From Jimgerdemannia flammicorona (Eukaryota), in contig RBNJ01000038.1 in NCBI GenBank assembly GCA_003990765.1, forward strand, positions 1-48,374: 48,374 nucleotides of DNA, given 5' to 3'. Position 1 is the first letter of the stretch; every line of letters begins with the position of its first letter. A program made the position numbers and the translations under genes. Shown here piece by piece: positions 13,335 through 25,237 of the stretch. The notes beneath the pieces are model-generated. The model made no database searches and was not told the origin of the DNA. It saw only the letters and a list, made by a program, of their open reading frames with translations.

Positions 13335-13690
13335 ATTTAGCTTATACTAGTAGATTATTTATTTTGCAACAGAATAAGAAAACAGTTATAAGAATTATAC
13401 TAAAATAGAAAGTAACTATAATTAATATAAAACAAAGTTATAAAAAGATATAAATATTAGACAAGAGGCAGAGCATTAAATATCATCCTCACTCCTTCAA
13501 TACTCTCACTTCTATCAGATAGTCTGATGAGGCCAGCTCTTTCCAAGTAATATAGAGAGACTCTTTGACCATATTAAGGTTACTATATAAGGAAGAAATC
13601 ACTACTCTGAGGCTCTTAACCTCACTAGTTAGAACTTAGAATATTTTGTTTTCAACTGATAGAAAATTATTGAGAGAGCCTATCAGATCA
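13335..13690. repeat. ~350-bp interspersed repeat, copy 1 of 3 (others at ~18803-19182 and ~22812-23174)
   Basis: All copies share TAGCTTATA..GATTATTT..CAACAGAATAA..GACTCTTTGRYCATATTAA..CTTAAYCTCACTAGT. Confidence 0.75.
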
Positions 13691-14788
13691 CTAGTATGAC
13701 AAACCAAAATATATCACCTGAATTATAACTTAGTCAGATGATGTGAATACATAGCATAGTAACCAGCAACCATTGCTGTAGAAAGCTGTATAAATAGCCA
13801 GACTACTAAATAAGGTATACTTGTACAAGACCTGTACACCCATGCAAGATCTGCACACTTGTCATAGATAGTAATCTATAATTAGCAACATAGTAATCAG
13901 ATAGCAACCACAACTGTATAATACCCCAGAGATAGGAGTGAATAAACCTCAATCTGAAAGTCTGAATTCAAAGCAAAAGACAAGTCTGCCTATTATACTT
14001 TGAGAGATATGTCTGCCAAAAGCCACTTGATCTAGAAAGGATTGCAATACTTAGGAGAAATACCCACTCTACAGCCACTGCTAGGAGATTGTGAGCATTG
14101 GTTCCCCTTTCTACTCTGGTCCACTTTCTGATACAAAGAATGAGTCCATTTTTGGTTTACTTGCCAGATAAGCCTGAAGTTTGCTGCCAAGTTTAAGGAG
14201 AACTTCACTATCATTTCCAAGTTATTCGCTATATTCCCAGAAAGCCTAAGAGAAAGCTGTCTTGCATAAGCCAGTCTCTGATGCAACTTCACAGTAATCT
14301 GTCATATAAATGAAGCCAGTTTTTGATATAACTTTGCCAAGAGACTCTTTCCCAAAGCTGCCAGTTGTTTGTATTCCCAGAAGAGCCCAATTTGGAAGAA
14401 CTCACACCATCTGAGTTATTTCTCAGTTAAAGCTGCCAATTCAGGAAGAATCTGCATTATCTACTATTCTCAAGTTATCCACATTCTCAGTTGAAGCTGC
14501 TGATTCAAGAAGAGTCTGCACCACCCAAGTTATACAACATCTGAGTTATTTGTTCCCAGTGAGTCTGGTATAGAGAATCTGCCACCAGTATTATTCCCAG
14601 TTATTCAAATTATCCACACCATCTAAGTTATTATTCCCAGAAGTCTGCTGATTTAAGAGAATCCATGCCATATCAAGGGGTTCACTAGAGTGGCAATAGT
14701 TACAGACCCAAGTGGCCAGTCCAAGTAGCCATATACACTTCCATAGTAACTTAATTTGGAGAAATCAGTAACATGTGATAAATGAAAA

Positions 14789-14789
<1 letters not shown>

Positions 14790-14829
<40 letters not shown>
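14790..14829. repeat. (AAT)n microsatellite
   Basis: Direct observation. Confidence 0.95.
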
Positions 14830-14830
<1 letters not shown>

Positions 14831-14860
14831 CAAAAACTCAAGGATGATAGGTCTCAAGAA

Positions 14861-16908
14861 TTAGCTCAATTGATGCTCGCACATATTGAAAAAATTCAAC
14901 TGTCTTTGCATTGTCACCATTATCTAAAATCTGCCAAAATGAATCATGAAATCTCTCTGTTATCTCATTCATTTCCAACTGCAAATTCTCAGTCTCTCTC
15001 TGCTCCTTGGTCTCAAACTCATAAACTTCAACTATTTCATGATGCTCATATACTGAATATCCAGCCTCACAAATATATCTTGAAAACCTTGCCAGGCATG
15101 CTCTGTGAGTAGCTTTAGTGTCCTGTGAAAATGCTCATAAAAAATGTATCAACATGGTATCAAGTAATGCATGAAAAATCATCAATGACACTCAGCATTA
15201 ATCAATCCTGGTGGGGCTTTCTCTTTCTCAATTCATTTTAGTACAAAAAGGGCCTCATCAGTAAGAAGTCGCTGGAGAGGATAGGGGAACTTGTGGATTT
15301 CAGTGAGGACAGCATCATCAACAGCAGCAATAGAGAGTTTATAGGTATGAAATTGCAATTCTGCTCATCAGGCATCCTGACTCTTCTTGGTATCAAGCTT
15401 GACAGTCTTTATACATGCACTTGTAGTTTATTAAATTATAAAAATCAATTAAATAATTATTAATATTAAAATTATAAAATCAATTAATAATAAAAAAAAG
15501 TAAACATACCAATTAAACCATGAGAGGATGATGTAGTAGTCTTGAGCTCACTGTGAAATGATTCTACAACATTGGTAGTTATTACTTGAAACAGAAGTGA
15601 TGAGTGTTGGTGGGTCCATAGTGCCCACTTTTCTATATTATTAACATAGTTCTTTATAATGTAATTTTTGATGGCTGAAGTGGGAGCAAGCTCAATTGCT
15701 TGCTGTACATTCTCCTTACAGTTGGCTTTAGTTCGTCAATGCATAGCCAGAATCATCTTATTGCAGACAGCATCATCATATATCTTTGACATCCATGTTT
15801 GCATAATATGAACTATATATAAAATAATAGTACATTCCATCTCACCAGCTTCTAGATCTTGAAAGACCTTATTGATAGCATTAGCTTCAATGACACTCTG
15901 ATCAGGAAGAATATATTGAGGACTCCAGTTGGGTGAAAACCTTTGAACTATCTTGAGTATCTGAGTTATGATAGTACTGTCTTCTCCATCTACAAAGAAG
16001 TATCCACCTATACACTAGCATCCAATATTATCATGAATGTATAAGATAAACAACTGCCAGTCCCACTTATTTGTCTTATGTGTTGAGTTGATAAGTGTCA
16101 GCCAGCCATGTTTTGAAAGTTTTTGAGATTATTCCGAGATAGCAAAAACAAATCCTTGTTTAGGCAGAATGAATGTAGAAGATGAGATAGAAGATGAGGT
16201 AGAAGATGAGGTAGAAGATGAGATAGAAGATGAGATAAAAGATGAGGTAGAAGATAAGGTAGAGGATGAAGATATTTCTTGAATGTGATATCTATTTTCT
16301 AGTAAAAATTTAAGAGTCTCTATAATGTCTGTCTTCAAATCTTCACTTCCAATGAGATGTATATTAACTGGTCTCTGCACAACTTGTTAAATGTTTGTAA
16401 CATCCTTTATTCAAAGATATTATGCTCCACTTCCTTCACTCAGTTTTGCTATAGCACTTTCTTTTACTGATGTAGTAATGTCTGGTGGCCAATAGCTCTT
16501 TGCAGCCTCCTCAGTTATAAGATCAAGCAATGCCTAAGACTTCTTGAGCATATCAATCTCATCAATTGGATGAGTATGAATAGCAGGTCCTGGGCCAAAT
16601 GGTTCAATATGCACAGTCTGTGTAGAAGAGATTCTAGTGATTCGAATTTTGGTAGAGCAGAGATTAGGGTCATGAATATTTGTTTTTCTATACTTCTCAG
16701 GTTCGACACTCTCTTGACATATACTGGACTGATGATACTTTGAGAGGTGATACATACATGCTGTCCATTTATCTCTCTTTGCTGGAAAACTATCTAAATA
16801 ATGACTCTAAACATTGGTGACAAGTGGTTAAAGTTTATCAAATTCTTCTTGTGAAATTTCAAAGGAGTTTGAAATGTTAAAAAGGTGGAGGTGATTATGT
16901 TGAGCCAT
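14861..16908 (-). pseudogene. MULE transposase (WRKY/FAR1-like zinc finger, DDE core, SWIM finger)
   Basis: LCSTKIRIT..HTH; INSTHKTNKWDWQLF; WSPQYILPDQSVIEANAI; TTNVVESFHSELK; SWIM remnant ECH**FFMHYLIPC*YIF; AT-rich intron at ~15420-15509. Confidence 0.88.
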
Positions 16909-17059
16909 TGAATAAAGTGAAAAAGATTTCAAGTTTGCAGTTTATTATAAACAACTAAGAGTCCTTATATATAATACAGAATACAGTCTGAGTAAGTAAG
17001 AAAATAAAAGAAACAATTGAGAAAAGAGGTTGGAGATTTCTGCACCATCTTGGCACTAT

Positions 17060-17402
17060 GGCAAACAGCTGAGAGTCCTTATTATAAAGAGCACAGTATG
17101 AGGCAAAGTCTGAGTAAACAAAAGAAACAATTGAGAAAGAGAGAAAAATATTTCTGTGCTGCCTTGGCACTGCAGCTGGCTGTGGCTATAGCTATTGAAT
17201 GGTTCTTAAGTTCATATACCTTATGAGCTGGTGGCAAACAGCTGAAAGTCCTTATTATAAAGAGTACAGTATGAGGCAAAGTCTGAGTAAACAAAAGAAA
17301 TGATTGAGAAAGAGAGAAAAATATTTCTGTACTGCCTTGGCACTGCAGCTACAGACTGCAGCTATTGAACAGTTCTAAGTTCATATGCCTTATGAGCTGG
17401 TG
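17060..17402. repeat. ~173-bp tandem duplication in the MULE 5' subterminal region
   Basis: GGCAAACAGCTGARAGTCCTTATTATAAAGAG...CTTATGAGCTGGT occurs twice, with a partial third unit at ~16950-17060. Confidence 0.85.
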
Positions 17403-17944
17403 CAACTTGAGTCATGTGTATTCAGCCACTTGTGTCAGCCACTTGGGTCTGTAACTGTTACCACTCTAGCGAACCCCCATATCAAGTTATCTGCCAGAAA
17501 TTGCATACTTTTGGAGATTGCCACCACCAAAGAAGGAAACTATTAAATTGACAGATTATTATACATAAGGAATCTGCCACACTACACAAGATCATTATGC
17601 AGAAATTGTATAAGGAGAACCACTAAATTACCAGACCATCACACACAAAGAGATCATTATGCTATATAGAAATCACCTGCTACTCAAGAAGGAAACTGCT
17701 CATGCTATATATGAAATTCTACCAATTCCCAGTTGACCAAAGAAGGAAAAGACATATATACCCAGAGAACTGTCCAAATAAGGAAACTGCTCACAGACAT
17801 CCAGCTTTGACTATTATACCACTAAATACCAAGGACCTCAGGAATCTTAGAATATTTTGTTACTTTTAACAAAGTAACTGGGGGCTCAAGCCAAATTACA
17901 TCAATCCCCAACCTTGTAATTTGCCTCCATTGAGCTAGGTACAT

Positions 17945-18666
17945 TATACTAGCTATCTAGAAATTTGACATAAATATAAGATTGGCCACTATATCTGCCA
18001 ATACTGTCAAGAACTCTCCTCTGAGCAAATTATAGACTAGACTAATCTAGATAGATATAAATAAAAACTTGCTAAAATAATTTATCAAATCTTCTAACAT
18101 ACTCTCTTTAATATCTCTAACCTCAACTTTATATAAACTATAGACTTCCAGAACCTCTTCTCTGAAGTAGATGAGCTAGAAGCAAAAGTAGCTGCTAAGG
18201 TCTATTTCTAAATTCTTTTTAAGACTAAAGACTATAAACTCTACTAGAGCTCTATTCTGAATAACAACTCTGATCAATAGACTTAAGGTCTCTCTAATCT
18301 ATTTGAAGAACTACTCATTTAAATAGATATCTCAAAAAATAAAGAGTAAGACCTATATATAGATAATTCCAAATATATCAAATAGAGATCTCTAACTCTA
18401 TCTCAAATAACTCTAGATGAGTAAGTTCTATATATATATTGTTTAACTATATTAGATAGAGATCTCCAACTTTATCTCAAATAACTCTAAACTAGTAAAA
18501 ACTATTTAAAGATCTTATTGGCTTTTCTATACTCAATATTGATATCTCTACTGATTTATATACTAGCTAGATAGATACTAATAATAAGAATAAAAATGAT
18601 ATCATTTCTCTAGTTCTCAACTTTAAGATAAGTGAAATAGAAATTAATATAAATATTAATTTCTAA
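17945..18666 (+). pseudogene. Divergent paralogue (type B) of the LTR-encoded protein, copy 1
   Basis: YLEI*HKYKIGHYICQ..LAKIIYQIF*HTLFNISNLNFI*TIDFQNL..ELEAKVAA..ILNNNSDQ*T*GL..DLIGFS..LVLNF aligns along the length of ORF 21106-21939. Confidence 0.7.
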
Positions 18667-19183
18667 ATATAACAAAGTATAAATGATAATTATATAATCT
18701 CATTTATCTTAATTTATCTTATTCATATATTACTTATTTATAATATTATTATCAAATCATATAATTATCATTTGTAGTATATTGTGAATGTAATTCTTAT
18801 TAAGTAGCTTATACTTATAGATCATTTATTTTATAATAAAATAAAGAAATAAATATAAGAAATACATCAGAGTAAGAAGTAGTCATAATTAATATAAAGC
18901 AATAGTTACAAAAAGATATAAATATTCAATAGGAGGTAGAGTACTAAATATTTATCTCTACTTCAGAAATCTACAAAGATATCTCTTCAATACTCTTATA
19001 TCTATCAGACAGTCTACCAAAGCTGATCTCTCTCAAGTGATATAAACAAACTCTTTAGCTATATTAAGATAGTAATATAATGAAGAAATGTCCACTCTGA
19101 GATCCTTAATCTCACTAGTTAAGACCTAGGTTATTTTGTTCTTAACTATATACTAGAAACTTCTCAAAAGAGTCTATTAGTCT

Positions 19184-19834
19184 ACTAGCTATTTGAAAAT
19201 CTAGTATGAGTATGAAATTAGCCACCATATCTACCAATATTATCAAGATCTCTCTGAAGAATAATTGCCAACTAGATTAGTCTAGATATATAGATATAAA
19301 TAATAACTTACTAAAAAAATTCACTAAATATTCTGACATACCTTCTATATAATCTCTAATCACAACTATATATAAACTACTAATTTTCAGAACCTCTCTT
19401 ACTCTGAAGTGGATAAACTAGAAGTAAAGATAACTGCTGAGGCCTATTCTCAGATCTCTCTTAAGACTAAAGATTGAAGTTCTATTAGAGATCTATTCTA
19501 AATAACAACTTCAACCAATAGATTCAGGGCCTCTCTAATCTATTCAAAGAACTACTTATCTAAATAAATATCCTAAAGAATACAGAATAAATCTCATATA
19601 TAAATAGTACTAACTATATTAAATAGTAATATCTAACTCTACTCCAAATAATCTCAAATTAGTAAAAAATTATTTTTAGATCTTATTAACTTTTCCATAC
19701 TTGATATTAATATTTCCACTAATTCATATAATAGTCAATGAGATACTGATAATGAGGATGAAAAGGAGGTCATTTCTCTAGTCCTCAACTTCAAGATAAG
19801 TGAAATAGAAATTAATATAGATATTGATTTCTAA
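19184..19834 (+). pseudogene. Divergent paralogue (type B) of the LTR-encoded protein, copy 2
   Basis: Nucleotide-level homologue of 17945-18666, with the same ending CTCTAGTYCTCAACTTYAAGATAAGTGAAATAGAAATTAATAT..TTCTAA. Confidence 0.7.
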
Positions 19835-20524
19835 GAAGAGAGAATATAATAAAAATTATATTATAAATAAGTTTGATAATATATTGTAAATAATAATTAT
19901 ATAACTAGATAATAATATCATAAACAAATAATATATAAGATAAGTGAGATAAGTAAAAGTAAGATATAAAAAATAATATACTGAACTCTCTAAATACTAG
20001 AGTTATAGCAAATAAATTACTTAACTATATATTACCTAATTAATAATTATTCATTTTTTAAGTAAACAATATCGCAGGTTATTTGTTTTGCAAACAAATA
20101 ACCAAAGCAGTTATATATATATTAATTTAGTCATATATACTTAGCCAAAATTTGTAAATTATTACTTAGCTAATATAAATAAATACTCTAGCAATTATAT
20201 TCAAAATAAACTAGCTCTTAGTTTAGTATAAAATATAATATATATTCCTCTGAGTTCTTAGTAATGATATCTAAGTTACTATAGTATTTCTGACTAAACT
20301 CTAGAAGCCTAGCTAACTTCTATCAGAACTAAGAACTAATATATATTTAAAAGAAACCTATTTTAAATCTGAATTATAAGAGATTTAGTCTATATATAGT
20401 AAAGATAAGTCCCTTATAACTATGATTACTAAAGTAGAACAATACTTTTATTCTATTATAAAGAAATAACACTTCCTCAATCTAAGTTATTACTATTAAG
20501 TAAAAGAATAATTAAAAGGCTTCT

Positions 20525-20526
<2 letters not shown>

Positions 20527-20558
<32 letters not shown>
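20527..20558. repeat. (TA)n microsatellite
   Basis: Direct observation. Confidence 0.95.
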
Positions 20559-20561
<3 letters not shown>

Positions 20562-20793
20562 GTCTTTAAGTAATACCTTATTATTGTCACGTAGTGGTCA
20601 CTGAGTCCTTCAAATACGCCAGATTCTCTTCAAGGTGTATCTCTTAGACTAACTCAAGTTTGTTATAAGCAAGTTCTTATTGGAGTGCCTTCCTAAGGTC
20701 TTATAGTCCTCAAACTTCTTATTTTTAACTATCTTGTTATCTCTTAGATTGCTTGCAAGGAAGTGTGTGTAAGTGAAACCAGAACTGACTGAC

Positions 20794-20826
20794 TTTATTT
20801 CAGAGAAAATAAGAGAGGTATTTATA
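20794..20826 (-). promoter_or_regulatory. LTR TATA box (TATAAATA, 20826-20819) and AATAAA poly(A) signal (20799-20794)
   Basis: TTGTATAAATACCTCTCTTATTTTCTCTGAAATAAAGT is conserved, with minor changes, in all four LTR ends (13093, 20826, 23565, 25070). Confidence 0.6.
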
Positions 20827-20890
20827 CAAAATATAATTCAATAGTTGCTAAGATATAAAGCTAAATATAAATTCCAATAACTAAAACTAC

Positions 20891-21092
20891 TGAGTTCCAG
20901 GGCTGGCATTATTTAGTACCACATCAAAATACCGGTGCTGGAACAATTTCGCATCACCTCAGAATACCGGTGCTGGCATTATCCAGTGTTACATGAGAAT
21001 ACTGGTGCTGGCATTATCCAGTGTTACATGAGAATACTGGTGCTGGCATTATCCAGTGTTACATGAGAATACCGGTGCTGGCATTATCCAGT
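20891..21092. repeat. 35-bp tandem repeats in U3 between the ORF stop and the LTR TATA box
   Basis: AGAATACYGGTGCTGGCATTATCCAGTGTTACATG at 20961, 20996, 21031 and 21066 (partial), plus two diverged units. Confidence 0.9.
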
Positions 21093-21105
21093 ATAACAAA
21101 GAACT

Positions 21106-21939
21106 TTAGAGCAGAAAGTTCAGGATCATGGGAGCTTCATCATCATCATTACTGAAGGAGATGAGGTCCGTGAATTCGTCATGTAGGTCACACGTCTCGC
21201 ATACTTCGTCATTTTCGCGTGCCTCGATATTGCGCGGGATGACATCATCGATGACGTCATTACATTCAGGTGTGGCGGGGAAATCGGGAACAAGGTCTGA
21301 AGCTCTCCAGTCTATGAGGTTCTTTTCCACAAAATAGGGGACAAATGTGGGGTCTTGGGGGGATCTAACCCGGATGCTTGGGCCTTGGAATACTAAGATC
21401 AATCCTTGCAGAAATTGGTCTGGGTTGTCCTGAAGGATAGGGTGCCAGAAGTCTTCTACTTCTTCACTGTTGAGGGTGATGGTGGACTGGGCCTCTGTAG
21501 CTACCCTGGCTTCTAGTACATTGATGCGGCGGGATGACAGGTCTCTGAAGTCTGAGACTCTAACATACTCCAAGTTGGGGATCGACCATGGTGCATGCCT
21601 GAAGATCTGATGGATCTTCTTTGCTGTCCTTGCCTCACGTAGGTCTATGGGGGTAGCATCTTGTAGCTCTTGAGGGCTGGCCTGTGGGAACTCCCGGCAG
21701 AGGAGGTTTTCTATTTTGTACTCCTGCCATATTTGGAGGCATTCGGTGGCAATAGTGATCCTTGTTTCCATTTCACGGCGGTAGAGGATAAAGTGATAAG
21801 GGTCTGCAGTACCCAGGTTGACGCTAGGAGTCCTTCTTGAGCGGGTCCTCATGGCTCTTCTGATGTCTTGAAACATCCTTTCCTCGACCGAGATACCTTG
21901 ATGATTCCTTGACCTTGAGGTTTGGTGGGCAGCAGGCAT
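21106..21939 (-). CDS. LTR-encoded 277-aa protein of unknown function (basic N-terminus, conserved core, acidic tail with CxxC)
   Basis: Uninterrupted ATG-to-TAA ORF in a good context (CAAAATGC). TATAAAA lies ~80 nt upstream, CpGs are retained, and the protein is conserved in divergent paralogues. Confidence 0.8.
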   Translation of the reverse strand: MPAAHQTSRSRNHQGISVEERMFQDIRRAMRTRSRRTPSVNLGTADPYHFILYRREMETRITIATECLQIWQEYKIENLLCREFPQASPQELQDATPIDLREARTAKKIHQIFRHAPWSIPNLEYVRVSDFRDLSSRRINVLEARVATEAQSTITLNSEEVEDFWHPILQDNPDQFLQGLILVFQGPSIRVRSPQDPTFVPYFVEKNLIDWRASDLVPDFPATPECNDVIDDVIPRNIEARENDEVCETCDLHDEFTDLISFSNDDDEAPMILNFLL

Positions 21940-22018
21940 TTTGTTTGTGGTAAGTCTTTGAGCTATTTTGGGATTGGGGTTCTTGTTGGTGGCTGCTACT
22001 GCAGTTCCTTGATCCTTC

Positions 22019-22025
22019 TTTTATA
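22019..22025 (-). promoter_or_regulatory. Putative TATA box for the LTR-internal ORF
   Basis: TATAAAAG ~80 nt upstream of the ATG, conserved in the copy at ~26187-26193. Confidence 0.5.
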
Positions 22026-23174
22026 TTCTTCAGGATGCTTGTGCTGTGGTCACAATGACTCACAGTTGGTCATCATTGCTCATCTCACATACCGTATGAT
22101 CTTCTTGTACTCTGATCTGGTGGCTTATAAAGAAAGGCTGTCTCCTGTGCTGATGTCATCATTCTGGGGTCACCGTTACATTATCTAAGTTATTCAAGAA
22201 TATAAGAGGGGTTAAAATATATAAGTATTATTATATAAAAACAGCCAAGTGGTTTTTTCTAATTAAGTAGAAAGATTATTCCATCTATAATATAATCTGA
22301 GAAAAGAAAGAAACCTTAGAGAATATATAAGAAATACTATAGGAGTATATAGATACTCTTACTCTTCAATAAAGGAGAGAACTACAATTTTAATCTTTTA
22401 AATAACTAAAGCTAAAGAGAGAATGAGAAGAAAATAGACTTATATTTATTCAGAATATATGTATATATTAATAATGAATACTAATAAAAAAATTATTATA
22501 TAATCTAAAGAAATAATTAAATACTATAGCTAGTAAAAAGAAATATATTAACTATCTATATATTACTACTTTTAAATTATTAATAGCAATGATACCCAAT
22601 CAGAGAGTATTTTATTAGAAAGTTGACAAAGAATATAGTACTAATAGTTCTCTTAAAAAGAAATTACTAATAGAGTGCAAACTTCCTCCCAGTTGGTTAA
22701 AATAATACTAAGGCCCTTATTCTATATAAGGTGGTCAAATCTTGCTCAATATACTAAGAAAATTTTATTAGTATCTAGTAATATTTGGCTATTTATATAT
22801 AATTAGTATATATTTAGCTTATATTAGCAGATTATTTTTTTGCAACAGAATAAAAAAAAACTATTATAATAATAAGATCAAAATAAGAAATAGTCTTAAC
22901 TATTGTAGAATAGTATCTGAAAAGAAGATATATATAAATATTAAATAAGAAGCAGATTATCAAATATCATCTCTAGCTCAGGAAATCTATAAAGATATCT
23001 ACTATTACAAAACTATCTACTGAAGTCAACCTTTTCTAAGTGATATAGAAAGACTCTTTGGTCATATTAAATCACTATATAAGAAAGAAATCACTATACT
23101 GAGGTCCTTAACCTCACTAGTCATAATCTAGAACATTTGTTCTCAACTATTGTAAAATTATTAAAAGAGCCAAT

Positions 23175-23300
23175 TAGTACTCTGAATGAGTCAATTTAAT
23201 CCAGATGAATTCAGATTAGATTTGGATTGAATTCTATCTGGATCTACTCAGATGGAATTCAAATTCTATCTGAATTAATTTGAATCAACCATTGTTTTGA
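23175..23300. mobile_element. Isolated terminus of a related, older hAT element
   Basis: TAGTACTCTGAATGAGTCAATTT resembles the TIR of the element ending at 12988 (TAGTGCTCTGAACAAGTCAATTT) and is followed by GATTC-type repeats. Confidence 0.6.
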
Positions 23301-23765
23301 TTTCTAAATTAGACAATTAAATATTATTATATAGCGAGTGCTGAGTCCTTCAAATATATCAGATTCTCTTCAAGGTATACTCTTAGACTAACTACAAGTT
23401 TGTTATAAGTAAGTTCTTATTGAAGTGCCTTCCTAAGATCTTATAGTCCTCAAACTTCTTATCTTTAAACTGTCTTGTTATCTCTTAGATTGCTTGTATG
23501 AAATTGAGTATAAATAAACTAAGAGAACTGACTTTATTTCAAAGAAAATAAGAGAGATATTTATACAAAATATAATTCAATGGTTGCTAAGATATAAAGC
23601 TAAATATAACTTCCAATAACTAAATAAAATACTAGAATACAGAAAACTTCAGTTGTAAGTACAAATTTGAGTATCTATATAAATAGTTATATAAGTTCAG
23701 AATGCCAGGAGATTTTAGTTGTATAAGAAAAGGATGCCAGAAGATTTATATGTTATAAAGAACTT

Positions 23766-24790
23766 AGAGTGAGTTCTGGTACCTTCAGTAATAGAGTAGA
23801 ATTCAGACTCCTCATAGTATTCTTCATCATCAGTATCACTAATCTCTTTGATAACTACTGTATTGATTTGTTCTCTGGTTCTAGTAGTATTACTTGATTG
23901 GGCTCTGTGCTTTGTTTCAGTTATGTAATTCTTTACATAGTAGCCTTCTTCTCTATATTTGAAGTAAATAATATTATATTCTTCTATAATAACTGCAAAC
24001 CTCTATACTGGTCTCCTGTTGATACTTTATACTTCTCTAACAATATCACTAAGATATACAGTCATCTCAGCAAACTGCTTGGTAAGTTCCTCTACTGGGT
24101 CAGCTTTGACTATCTTGGGGGTAGGTGGGAATAGTTGTCTATTAATAACTATAGTGGGTATGATACTAATTAGCTTTGATGGCTCTATCTTAATACTAGT
24201 TATTTTTTTTATTGAGTGTTTGGTAGAGTGTCTAGTAGTCTAATATCTCTATACAAAGACCACTTTCTGATCAAGAGTCAGAGCAGCTGGGGTAGATTGG
24301 ATTGCTAGGGCAATTTCAGAATAGACTCCTTTAAGGAAGGTTGAATTAGCTATTTGTTTCTTGAGGACATTATCATAGTCAGTCAAGACAATCTGGTAGT
24401 AGATTCAGATATAAAATAAGTTGGGATCTTCACTAAGTCTCTGGCAGATAGTATTGAGTTGATCTCTTTAGTATAATATATAGTTCTGAGGAAGTTCTTC
24501 ATATTGGTAAGTTTGGTTGTACCAATATTAGTAATGGTGACTGCATTGAACTTATCTCTGGCAGGTCCTCTGAGGCTGACTGGTAGAAGAGCCAATTATA
24601 TATCCACAGTGAGAGCTCATATGATAGCAAATTGTTCAAAGTTTTAAATAAAGATTAGGATTGACTCTTCAGTAGCAAATCTATAGAATATAGAGAGATA
24701 TATTTCTATCTTGTCTTGAATATTTGCAGAGATGACTCTTGTAGTCAGAGTAGTTGTTATGGTAGTTGTTTATTTTTCAGCTTGAGAGTG
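23766..24790 (-). pseudogene. gag with a decayed CCHC zinc knuckle
   Basis: LALLPVSLRGPARDKFNA; KADPVEELTKQFAEMTV; IYFKYREEGYYVKNY is a CFKCGEEGHY..NC knuckle after G-to-A and C-to-T transitions. Confidence 0.75.
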
Positions 24791-24808
24791 AGAGATTCAT
24801 CTTGAATC

Positions 24809-24826
24809 ACCAGCCAATAGGTACCA
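24809..24826 (-). other. Putative primer-binding site TGGTACCTATTGGCTGGT
   Basis: TGG begins 3 nt after the 5' LTR end. The cognate tRNA cannot be identified by eye. Confidence 0.6.
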
Positions 24827-25237
24827 AGTTGTTATATAGTAGGTACTGAGTCCTTTAAATATATCAGATACTCTTCAAGATATATCTCTTAGACTAACTA
24901 CAAATTTGTTATAAGCAAGTTCTTATTGGAGTATCTTATTAAGATCTTATTGTTCTCAAACTTCTTATCTTTAAACTGTCTTGTTATCTCTTAGATTGTT
25001 TGTATGAAATTGAGTATAAGTGAACTGAGGGAACTAACTTTATTTCAAAGAAAATGAGAGAGGTATTTATACAAAATATAATTCAATGGTTACTAAGATA
25101 TAAAGCTAAATATAAATTCCAATAACCAAATAAAATACTGGAATACAGAAAACTTCAGTTGTAAGTATAAATTCAAGTACCTATATAAATAGTTGCACAA
25201 GTTCAGGATGTCAGTAGATTTAGATGTTACAAAGAAC

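Larger units (their letters stand above)
14677..17477. mobile_element. Mutator-like (MULE) DNA transposon, ~2.8 kb
   Basis: ~41-bp TIRs GGGGTTCRCTAGAGTGGYAAYAGTTACAGACCCAAGTGGC. TSD (C)CATATCAA(G), 8-10 bp depending on where the boundary is placed. Confidence 0.93.
20585..22180 (-). mobile_element. Solo LTR (1596 bp) containing an intact ORF
   Basis: Termini TGTCACG...CGTTACA form an imperfect inverted repeat with TG..CA ends. 4-bp TSD TTAT (20581-20584 and 22181-22184). The homologous unit at 24830-26362 is followed by a PBS and gag. Confidence 0.88.

Noticed and set aside
16175-16270. 12-bp GAAGATGAGRTA repeat as a separate element
   Set aside because: It is an in-frame Ser-rich expansion inside the MULE transposase.
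20961-21092. 35-bp repeats of CRISPR-like length
   Set aside because: They are head-to-tail with no spacers, as expected for U3 enhancer-type repeats.
19900-22800. AT-rich flanks of the solo LTR as a decayed transposase
   Set aside because: No convincing motif could be recovered by eye.
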